From the IMG/VR virus record IMGVR_UViG_3300010351_001271: a stretch of 20,561 nt of DNA; one strand, given 5' to 3'. This document shows positions 1 through 6,797 of the stretch, in pieces. The notes beneath the pieces were generated by a model that saw only the letters and a program-made list of their open reading frames with translations, did no database searches and was not told where the DNA came from. Within the stretch, counting starts at the first letter, position 1, and the number at the start of each line of letters is the position of its first letter. The stretch is from a virus. Both the position numbers and the translations under genes were made by a program.

Positions 1-777
1 ATCTAATTTTCTTACAAAAACACTATTATCGGGAACATTAAATAACATAATGGCAGGATCCCCTTCTTTCCAATTTTCGTATTGCTTTACAGCTTTATTA
101 ATAAGATCCGGGGTAAAATGATCTTTAGCAGACCAATTTTCAAGTTTCTTTCTTATATTTTTACGAATCCATGCAAAATGTTGCATACGAATTACTTCAT
201 CTTCAAAAATATAAGTTCCAATATTTAAAGGATTATATATCCTTCTTGTAGGATCGGTTGGGCCCGGAGCTGGTCCGTTAAATGTATAAGTAAAATAAGT
301 GGAATGAATTCCGGGGACAAATGGTCTAAAAGGATAAACCAAGTAATGTTCTAGATCTCTGAAGTAATTAACATAACTCCAATATGTAATAGGCCAGCCA
401 TTTTCATTAATCATTTCCTTAGCAACTCTGAATTGATCTTTATCATAGAACTCATCGGCATCAATATTCAAGATATGGGAGCATCCTCTTTCTTTTGCAA
501 GAGAAATACCCATATTTCTTTTATCTGTTTCTTGTTCCCTCGAATATTTTAGAAAGTTAGGTTTGAATTCAATCAATTCATCAATAAGACCTATAGATTT
601 TAATCTTTCCAATTCAGCCATATCTTTTGGATCCATTGCATTTTTCCAATAAGATTTCTTTTGATAAAAACCGGCAACCCAGTCTACTTGATCCCTTATT
701 TGGGAAATAAGATCAAATAATAATTCACTTGAGTCAAAACAGTTTATCGTTAAACCTAATTTTTTTATTTTCCCCAT
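1..777 (-). CDS. GT-A fold (GT2-like) glycosyltransferase, 3'-truncated by the window edge; not in the ORF track
   Basis: Hand translation from the ATG at 777: MGKIKKLGLTINCFDSSELL...ETDKRNMGISLAKERGCSHILNIDADEFYDKDQF...MQHFAWIRKNIRKKLENW...FVRKLD, open for 259 codons to position 1. The DxD motif (IDADEF) after a beta strand is typical of GT-A enzymes. The start overlaps the end of the upstream ORF by 13 nt. Confidence 0.7.
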   Translation of the reverse strand, partial: MGKIKKLGLTINCFDSSELLFDLISQIRDQVDWVAGFYQKKSYWKNAMDPKDMAELERLKSIGLIDELIEFKPNFLKYSREQETDKRNMGISLAKERGCSHILNIDADEFYDKDQFRVAKEMINENGWPITYWSYVNYFRDLEHYLVYPFRPFVPGIHSTYFTYTFNGPAPGPTDPTRRIYNPLNIGTYIFEDEVIRMQHFAWIRKNIRKKLENWSAKDHFTPDLINKAVKQYENWKEGDPAIMLFNVPDNSVFVRKLD

Positions 778-1010
778 TCTTTTGGTTTTTCTTTTTTAAA
801 TAATTTTATCCATGTTCTTTCAATCTCTCTCATTCTTTCTTTACTCTTTTTTTTCCATTTTATATCATCAATTATAATTTTTACTGTATAAGCTATAAAG
901 AGAATAAATGCTAAAAATAGAAAAATGGTTATAGCATTTGAATAAAATGGATCATGAATTCCTATTATATCTCGTATTAATTGATCTCTTATTTCTTCAT
1001 AAGGATTCAT
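765..1010 (-). CDS. Small single-pass membrane protein (81 aa), function unknown
   Basis: One hydrophobic segment (AITIFLFLAFILFIAYTV) followed by a basic tail. Overlaps thyX by 1 nt and the glycosyltransferase by 13 nt, consistent with translational coupling. Confidence 0.65.
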   Translation of the reverse strand: MNPYEEIRDQLIRDIIGIHDPFYSNAITIFLFLAFILFIAYTVKIIIDDIKWKKKSKERMREIERTWIKLFKKEKPKEWGK

Positions 1011-1693
1011 TAAGACTCGTTTATTTTAATATCATCAAAAATGATAGGTATCTTTGATTGGAACTCCTTTAGCAGCGGAATAGTTAATTCCCTCATTTGA
1101 GGATGAGCAGCAGGAGAAGTTCTTAGTTTAAAAAAATGTCTCCATTCACGTAGGTTATATTTAACATTTATTTCGGTTTTAGTTGAATTCGGAAGAACTG
1201 ATCTTGCCTGCTGAGCTTGCCAGCCATCTTCAATTAATAAATTATAACTATGTTCGGCAAATGCCATAGCTATAAGCCATCTTCTTTCATCATCGTTGAT
1301 ATTTGTCGAAGATTCAATTTCAGCTCTATCGGTCAAAAATTGTTCATCAATATTAATGCACCAATTAGGAATAATGAAAGTAATTTGGTTATCAAATTTA
1401 TCTTTTGAATAATTACAATATCTTGTGCTCTCCTGAGCATAAGAAGCCATCCTATGACGAACTATTTCATGGGAAACCCCTCTATCGCAAGTAAATTTAA
1501 CTGTAATGTCAAAAAATTCGATCATTGCTTCATGACCTCTTGAAATAAGCATTCTGATCATTTTTTCCGCAGAATCATCAGTAATCTTATCCTCAGATTT
1601 ATAGCAAGTTCTAGCAACCTTTTCAAGGAATTTTAGAATTTCTTCTCCGTTTATTGGGGTAAGGATTTCGGTAAAGGGTTTGATTAATTTCAT
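1010..1693 (-). CDS. thyX: FAD-dependent thymidylate synthase ThyX
   Basis: RGVSHEIVRHRMASYAQESTRY (RHRx7S signature), ARTCY, GHEAMIEF, QARSVLPNST, NLREWRHFFKLR, AHPQMR. Confidence 0.97.
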   Translation of the reverse strand: MKLIKPFTEILTPINGEEILKFLEKVARTCYKSEDKITDDSAEKMIRMLISRGHEAMIEFFDITVKFTCDRGVSHEIVRHRMASYAQESTRYCNYSKDKFDNQITFIIPNWCINIDEQFLTDRAEIESSTNINDDERRWLIAMAFAEHSYNLLIEDGWQAQQARSVLPNSTKTEINVKYNLREWRHFFKLRTSPAAHPQMRELTIPLLKEFQSKIPIIFDDIKINES

Positions 1694-1752
1694 AAAAATA
1701 TTTTTAGTGTACTACTTTTTTATTATATGAATTTTGTTATATGTAGTTTTAA

Positions 1753-4674
1753 TTAATCAAAAGTTAATACGCCTTTTCCGGGGGATGAGGGGGAGAATTC
1801 AAATTTTATTTGACCCTTCTTCATAGCTTCAGCAATTTGAGCTCCGACTGTTTCACCTATTTGAGATGCAATTACATCCCAATTTGGGCTAGCTGCAGAA
1901 CTTTCTTTAACTGCTTTACTCTTTTCCTGTATCCTTTCAGCTGTTGTTGCTGTTGCAGCAGTACCAGAGGGAGCTCCACCACCTGCACTAACAGATATCG
2001 AAGCTAATTTAGAAAGCTTATCAGTATCAAAATTATCTAAGCTTATTGATAGATCATTTAATGATTTTGCTAAGTCCCCAATTGTATCATTTGCTTTTTG
2101 GAGATTTCCTAGGGATTCAGAGAATTTAGATAATTCCTCGATAATATCGCTATATTTTTCTAAAGCTTTTTTAGCATCCTTTGGTGTTGATTTTTCTAAA
2201 CCGGTTGCTAATGTATCCGAAAATGTTGTAAGTGCTTTAACAATATTATTGGAAATAGTAGCCATGGAAATAGTTTCTCCAGTTGGCTTTCCATCTTTAT
2301 CTAAAACTGGCAATTCATTTTTCTCTCCAAATTCTGAGAATAATCTAACAACCTCGGAGAATTGAACAACTGCACCAAGAATACCATGTCTTCCAATAAG
2401 AGCTTTGGACATCTTTTGCATTCTTTTGTAGCCATTTCCTTGGGGTCTTCCGGATATACCGGCTTCTTCGCCATCCCCGAATTCACTTTCGGATTTAGAG
2501 AATAATTGTTCAGAAAAATAAAGGAATGTTCTGATTATATTATCAACAACGGTTGTAGCTTTAACCTTCTTTCTTATCTCATTCCCCTTATCATCATATT
2601 CTACATATCCAATTTCATTATTTTCTCCGAATTCAGCATATACTTTCATAGCATCTGCGAATTGGATAACGGCTGAAAGAATACCATGTCTTCCAATAAG
2701 AGCTTTGGACATCTTTTGCATTCTTCTCTTCTGTCTTCCGGATATACCGGCTTCTTCGCCATCCCCGAATTCACTTTCGGATTTAGAGAATAATTGTTCA
2801 GAAAAATAAAGGAATGTTCTGATTATATTATCAACAACGGTTGTAGCTTTAACCTTCTTTCTTATCTCATTCCCCTTATCATCATATTCTACATATCCAA
2901 TTTCATTATTTTCTCCGAATTCAGCATATACTTTCATAGCATCTGCGAATTGGATAACGGCTGAAAGAATACCATGTCTTCCAATAAGAGCTTTGGACAT
3001 TCTCTTCATTCTTCGTTTCTGCTTACCCGATATTCCTTTTCCTTCAGGCTCTCCATCGCCAAATTCACTCTCGGATCTTCCAAATAATTTTTCAGTAAAA
3101 TAAAGGAAGCTACCAATCATATTATCAACTACGACTGTTGCTTTGACTTTTTTCTTTATCTCATTTCCTTTATCATCATAATCAACATATCCAATTTCAT
3201 TAGCTTCTCCAAATTCAGCATATACTTTCATTGCATCAGCAAATTGGATAACTGCGGAAAGAATACCCCTTCTTCCAGTTAAAGCTCTACCCATTTTTCT
3301 GATAGCAACAGCTTTTTCTTTTGTAAGAGTTTCTGTGGATTCAAGAAGAGCAGTTAAGAAAGTACTTATCGAATACGATATATTATCAGCGACCTTTGTG
3401 AGATTAACTTTTGCTCCAAATATAGGTTTACCGTCCTTATCATACCCTTCAATAATTCTCATATTTTCTAGTTCGGCAAAAGCAGTAACAGCTATAGCAA
3501 ACATACAAAGAGCTAGAGACATGGACATTAAAACACCAATACCTGCGAATATTTTAGCACTATTTTTTATAAATTCTGCAATACCACCAATTCCTTTTTT
3601 ACCCCCAGAAAGAACAGAAATCCCATCTATCATTCCCCCCAGGACTCCTCCAATAAGATTTCCTAATACATCTCTTATGGGAACGTCTTTTAATTCATTA
3701 GCAACATTAACAATTTTTTTAATCATTAATGAAAGAAGCCAGAATGTTGCACCCATTCCTAAAATAACTAAGCCTCCTAAAAGAATAAGTTCTCCTATGG
3801 GTGCAACTAAAGCAAATATTGCAGCTGCCCCAAGTATAACTCCTCCAACTATCAACATTGATTTGAGAATACTTCCGCCAGATTCCTTAGATAATATTTT
3901 TGGAATTAGAGACATTGCCATAGCAAATGAAAGCAATCCAAATGCTAATGCAGCTAATCCAAGGCCCATTTCAACTAAGGTAAATACACCTTTTTTAATA
4001 AATCTATTAGCTAGGGCAAGTGTCCCAAACATTACTAATAATCCTAGGACAGTAACTCCTAAGAACATTATAACATCTGTAGGCTTAGATAATTTTAATA
4101 TCATTGCGGTTAATAACAATGACCCAGCAAAAGCAAGAATACCTAATCCTAAATATGCAAAGCTTAAGGAAATATCTTTAACAGGTTTAGCAATTTTTGT
4201 TAGAGCATTTCCTATTTTTTCAAATGTTTTTATTGCACGATCTACTTTACGTATGCTCGCAGAATCTCCTTTATCTTCTAGAAATTCCATTAGCATTTTT
4301 AAAGTCGAAAGGGTTCTTGTAACTTGCTTTTCTTTTACTCTTCCCATAGAGTCTAATCCTTCGGCAAGTTTTGGAAGACCTGTTCCAAGATTATTTAAAG
4401 ATTCTGATAAATCTTTTAGATTTTTTGCCCCTCCTTTTTTCTTATTAGCAATATCCATCATTTGCTCAATAAATGAAAAGAAATCCTTTATTGTTTTGGG
4501 TTTTACTTTTCCGAATCCAATCAAAGAAGGGCCAAGATTGGAAAGCATTGCTATTTTATCTCTAACAGCTGCACCTGGACCTGCTGGGGCTGCAGGTTTT
4601 GATCCACGGGTATTTTCCTCAATTCGTCCAAGGGTTTTGAGAATCCCATATAAAAGTTCGTTAGCCTGCTGCAT
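1753..4674 (-). CDS. Probable tape-measure protein (973 aa) with a hydrophobic N-terminal half and about five ~96-aa internal modules
   Basis: Lies directly downstream of sheath, tube and chaperone genes. Long helical Ala/Gly/Leu/Ile-rich sequence with membrane-like stretches and repeated helical modules. The assignment rests on position and composition, not on a diagnostic motif. Confidence 0.7.
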   Translation of the reverse strand: MQQANELLYGILKTLGRIEENTRGSKPAAPAGPGAAVRDKIAMLSNLGPSLIGFGKVKPKTIKDFFSFIEQMMDIANKKKGGAKNLKDLSESLNNLGTGLPKLAEGLDSMGRVKEKQVTRTLSTLKMLMEFLEDKGDSASIRKVDRAIKTFEKIGNALTKIAKPVKDISLSFAYLGLGILAFAGSLLLTAMILKLSKPTDVIMFLGVTVLGLLVMFGTLALANRFIKKGVFTLVEMGLGLAALAFGLLSFAMAMSLIPKILSKESGGSILKSMLIVGGVILGAAAIFALVAPIGELILLGGLVILGMGATFWLLSLMIKKIVNVANELKDVPIRDVLGNLIGGVLGGMIDGISVLSGGKKGIGGIAEFIKNSAKIFAGIGVLMSMSLALCMFAIAVTAFAELENMRIIEGYDKDGKPIFGAKVNLTKVADNISYSISTFLTALLESTETLTKEKAVAIRKMGRALTGRRGILSAVIQFADAMKVYAEFGEANEIGYVDYDDKGNEIKKKVKATVVVDNMIGSFLYFTEKLFGRSESEFGDGEPEGKGISGKQKRRMKRMSKALIGRHGILSAVIQFADAMKVYAEFGENNEIGYVEYDDKGNEIRKKVKATTVVDNIIRTFLYFSEQLFSKSESEFGDGEEAGISGRQKRRMQKMSKALIGRHGILSAVIQFADAMKVYAEFGENNEIGYVEYDDKGNEIRKKVKATTVVDNIIRTFLYFSEQLFSKSESEFGDGEEAGISGRPQGNGYKRMQKMSKALIGRHGILGAVVQFSEVVRLFSEFGEKNELPVLDKDGKPTGETISMATISNNIVKALTTFSDTLATGLEKSTPKDAKKALEKYSDIIEELSKFSESLGNLQKANDTIGDLAKSLNDLSISLDNFDTDKLSKLASISVSAGGGAPSGTAATATTAERIQEKSKAVKESSAASPNWDVIASQIGETVGAQIAEAMKKGQIKFEFSPSSPGKGVLTFD
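2379..3310. repeat. In-frame tandem repeat inside the tape-measure gene (288-300 bp units); 2445-2712 is identical to 2733-3000
   Basis: Base-by-base comparison gives a 268-bp exact match at 288-bp period. 2379-2424 matches 2679-2724 at 300-bp period. The upstream copy (about 3021-3310) is diverged. Confidence 0.95.
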
Positions 4675-4688
4675 TTATTTGTAGAGAT

Positions 4689-4702
4689 TTTATTTATATA
4701 TC
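4689..4702 (-). promoter_or_regulatory. Putative late promoter GATATATAAATAAA upstream of the tape-measure gene
   Basis: Contains TATAAATA (T4 late promoter consensus). The same 14-mer occurs at 9644-9657. It sits just downstream of a terminator. Confidence 0.65.
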
Positions 4703-4710
4703 TCCAGCAA

Positions 4711-4738
4711 AGAAAAAAGGTGCAGAACTGCACCTTTT
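4711..4738 (-). terminator. Intrinsic terminator after the chaperone ORFs
   Basis: Minus strand AAAAGGTGCA-GTTC-TGCACCTTTT followed by TTCTTT, overlapping the stop at 4737-4739. Confidence 0.85.
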
Positions 4739-5057
4739 AAAATTTAGGTTTAGGCATAGAAGGAATATTCATTTTTGGAACCTTAAATCCCCCATAATCT
4801 GGCTTATCGTGGGATCTAGGCATTTTTGCTGCAGCCTGTTGTTTTTTATATTCTTCTTCTTGCTGCTTAATTCTTTTTTCCTCTTCTTTATTAGCTTCTT
4901 CCAATTCTTGTAAAATATATTCGATTTCAAAAAATTCCATCGGATATAAATGAATTGGAGCTATATGAAATCTATTGGCAAAGATATATTCTATCTTAAC
5001 CCAATTTAGAAAACGGATCTGAAATAAGGAAAATAGATTTAATTCCGCCCTGAAAGT
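4737..5057 (-). CDS. gp51-like / 'T' chaperone reading frame, probably reached by frameshift from the upstream ORF (ORF track calls only 4737-4940)
   Basis: The frame stays open for 39 codons upstream of the called ATG (...LFSLFQIRFLNWVKIEYIFANRFHIAPIHLYP-MEFFEIEYIL) with no ATG, GTG or TTG. The N-W-V-K...L-x-x-M-x-x-F-E pattern aligns without gaps to the T4-like gp51 consensus as I recall it (NYYKTNFxLMQHHKYSLxELENMxPWE). Confidence 0.6.
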   Translation of the reverse strand, partial: TFRAELNLFSLFQIRFLNWVKIEYIFANRFHIAPIHLYPMEFFEIEYILQELEEANKEEEKRIKQQEEEYKKQQAAAKMPRSHDKPDYGGFKVPKMNIPSMPKPKF

Positions 5058-5925
5058 TTAGCGGGATAACCCGCTCCCCTCCATTCTTATCTTTGTATTT
5101 TAAAACAGGATTAATAGTTTCAGAAAAAATCTTCTTTACTTCTGTGAGAACCGAATATTCTTCAGCAGACCAACTATTTGAATCAAGGACGAATTTTTCA
5201 TAAGAAGAATCATTTAGCCCCCTCCAATCACCAATAACAAAAGGAGCATATCCTACAAAATCCTCATCAAGCGGTTCTCCAGCTTGTCTTTTACGGTTAA
5301 TATAGTTTTTAAGCCAATTTGTTACCCCTGCTGATGGTAGGAAAACTCTTACTTTTTTCCCGCTACTTTTAAATGGAAGAATAATACATCTTTCTTCGGG
5401 GGAATAAAATCTCATTACCCTATCATCAAAAGTAATATAATCCACCATATCCTTAACAATATCAATTTTTTCTGTTTCGGATACTTTAGCTTGAAGTTTA
5501 TTATCTCCTTTGACAAAGGTCCTTTCTCTTATAGCAAGTATAATATAAAATCTGTCGACCTCCTTTATATCCCTCCAAGAAGAAAATTTACCATCTGGGA
5601 ATTTTAAACTACAACATCTTTCAAGGACATAATTAAGCATATCATCAAGAGCAAATATGTCATCTTCATTAAGGGTCGACCAGTGTCTTATTTCTCCAGC
5701 CGTCGCTGAACGAATTACTATTTCTGTTCCCTCAGGATAAAATAATCCTTGAGTAGGAAGATCTGTTATTTTTAATCTTTCCCATCCAAGTTCATTTTGA
5801 GGGTCTCTTGATTGAGCCATTGGAATAGGATTGACCCCACCTGGTATTGGAGTAATAGGGGGACCTACTATTCCTTCTTTTTCTTGAGCAAATTGTTTTA
5901 ATTTTTCTTCGTTGTTCTGATCCAT
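4996..5925 (-). CDS. Tail assembly chaperone / baseplate hub assembly protein (T4 gp26-like)
   Basis: DLPTQGLFYPEGTEIVIRSATAGEIRHW resembles the LPSxGxxYP...IxIRxxTxxE motif of gp26-like chaperones. C-terminal GGIKSIF. Positioned between tube and tape measure. Confidence 0.6.
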   Translation of the reverse strand: MDQNNEEKLKQFAQEKEGIVGPPITPIPGGVNPIPMAQSRDPQNELGWERLKITDLPTQGLFYPEGTEIVIRSATAGEIRHWSTLNEDDIFALDDMLNYVLERCCSLKFPDGKFSSWRDIKEVDRFYIILAIRERTFVKGDNKLQAKVSETEKIDIVKDMVDYITFDDRVMRFYSPEERCIILPFKSSGKKVRVFLPSAGVTNWLKNYINRKRQAGEPLDEDFVGYAPFVIGDWRGLNDSSYEKFVLDSNSWSAEEYSVLTEVKKIFSETINPVLKYKDKNGGERVIPLNFQGGIKSIFLISDPFSKLG

Positions 5926-5946
5926 ATTTTTATAGAATTTATACGA

Positions 5947-5960
5947 TTTATCTATATATT
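5947..5960 (-). promoter_or_regulatory. Variant late-promoter-like motif AATATATAGATAAA upstream of the chaperone
   Basis: Resembles the GATATATAAATAAA element, lies 22 nt before the ATG at 5925 and follows a terminator. Confidence 0.45.
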
Positions 5961-5993
5961 ATTATACACTGAAAAACCTAATAGTTTTAAACA

Positions 5994-6020
5994 AAAAAGA
6001 GACTTATTCAGTCTCTTTTT
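5994..6020 (-). terminator. Intrinsic terminator after the tube operon
   Basis: AAAAAGAGACT-GAATA-AGTCTCTTTTT(TGTTT) overlapping the stop of the 52-aa ORF. Confidence 0.75.
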
Positions 6021-6162
6021 CATCTTTCTCCTTTTTCTTTTTCCTTAGGAGCTTAAAATCATTTTTTGTTATCTTTTTATTCTTATCAGCATCAATTTTA
6101 TATTGCTTGCCTTTAAGTTTTTCATTTAGCTCTTCTAAGCTTTCACTAACTAACTTTTCCAT
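6004..6162 (-). CDS. 52-aa charged peptide with an EF-hand-like loop (true start probably 6162, not 6234)
   Basis: MEKLVSESLEELNEKLKGKQYKIDADKNKKITKNDFKLLRKKK... The ATG lies 4 nt after the tube stop. D-x-D-x-N-x-x-I-x-x-x-D-F fits EF-hand loop spacing. Confidence 0.65.
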   Translation of the reverse strand: MEKLVSESLEELNEKLKGKQYKIDADKNKKITKNDFKLLRKKKKEKDEKETE

Positions 6163-6166
6163 ATTA

Positions 6167-6766
6167 TTAAACAATTGTTTCGTCCCAAGAATCGCAAGCA
6201 AGTGTATAACCTTCAATCCTATAAATTTCTTCACTCATGTAATTTATTTCAGGTACATTGAGGGGAGTTATTGGGAATACATTGTAAAGTTTCCACTGCC
6301 AATAAGGATTATTAGCTCTATCATAAAGGGTAATAAGTGCCCAAGGAGCTACATAATCAGCTTTGATACCAGTTCTTCCTGTTAGAGGATCGTAAACTAA
6401 GTCATTCCATTTTCTTAAAGTTTTTAGAACATAAGCACTTGGAGTACGATTTAAGTTTACTTCAAAAGAGAGAGCAACGTCCATCGTAGTTTTGTCGGGC
6501 TTAGCCCCAGCAAATCTCCTGGTTGCCCATTTATACTGCTGAGAAACAGGAGTTGTTGGGAATGAGTTGGATTCCAATCCACCTATACTTATAATATTTT
6601 CAAGTAAAAGATTCGTATTTTCATCTGTTGAACCAATGCCTGTTGGAAGAGCAATCTGAACAGTAAAAAGGTTCAAGTAAAGAGGTTCGTAGAGTTCTTG
6701 TGCTGCTCTAGAACTTCTCCAGTGAGGCATTCCGAATGTTCCTTGACTTTTGAAATTTTCAGCCAT
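6167..6766 (-). CDS. Contractile tail tube protein (T4 gp19-like)
   Basis: Directly follows the sheath, 199 aa. EPLYLNLFTVQI, QQYKWATRRFAG, LRKWNDLVYDPLTG, LYDRANNP...WKLYNVFP fit the gp19-family pattern. Confidence 0.88.
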   Translation of the reverse strand: MAENFKSQGTFGMPHWRSSRAAQELYEPLYLNLFTVQIALPTGIGSTDENTNLLLENIISIGGLESNSFPTTPVSQQYKWATRRFAGAKPDKTTMDVALSFEVNLNRTPSAYVLKTLRKWNDLVYDPLTGRTGIKADYVAPWALITLYDRANNPYWQWKLYNVFPITPLNVPEINYMSEEIYRIEGYTLACDSWDETIV

Positions 6767-6783
6767 ATCGCGTTACTTTTATT

Positions 6784-6793
6784 TTATTTATTC
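6784..6793 (-). promoter_or_regulatory. GAATAAATA(A/G) motif upstream of the tube gene; also at 9586-9595 (sheath) and 14014-14023 (neck)
   Basis: The same 9-10 mer lies 17-20 nt upstream of three major structural gene starts and shares the TAAATA core of the T4 late promoter. Confidence 0.55.
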
Positions 6794-6797
6794 TCTA

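Noticed and set aside
765-1010. Holin assignment for the single-TM protein
   Set aside because: No endolysin or spanin nearby, and one TM helix with a basic tail is not diagnostic.
2379-3310. CRISPR array or mobile-element repeats
   Set aside because: The repeats are in-frame coding duplications without unique spacers. No transposase, integrase, tRNA or rRNA was seen in the window.
3335-4684. 449-aa plus-strand ORF antisense to the tape-measure gene
   Set aside because: In this register an antisense stop arises only opposite Tyr, His or Gln codons of the sense gene, and these are rare in this hydrophobic region. The long shadow ORF is therefore expected, and it has no recognisable motif.
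6163-6234. N-terminal 24 codons of the 76-aa ORF call
   Set aside because: They overlap the tube gene's C-terminus. The ATG at 6162, just after the tube stop, is the more plausible start.
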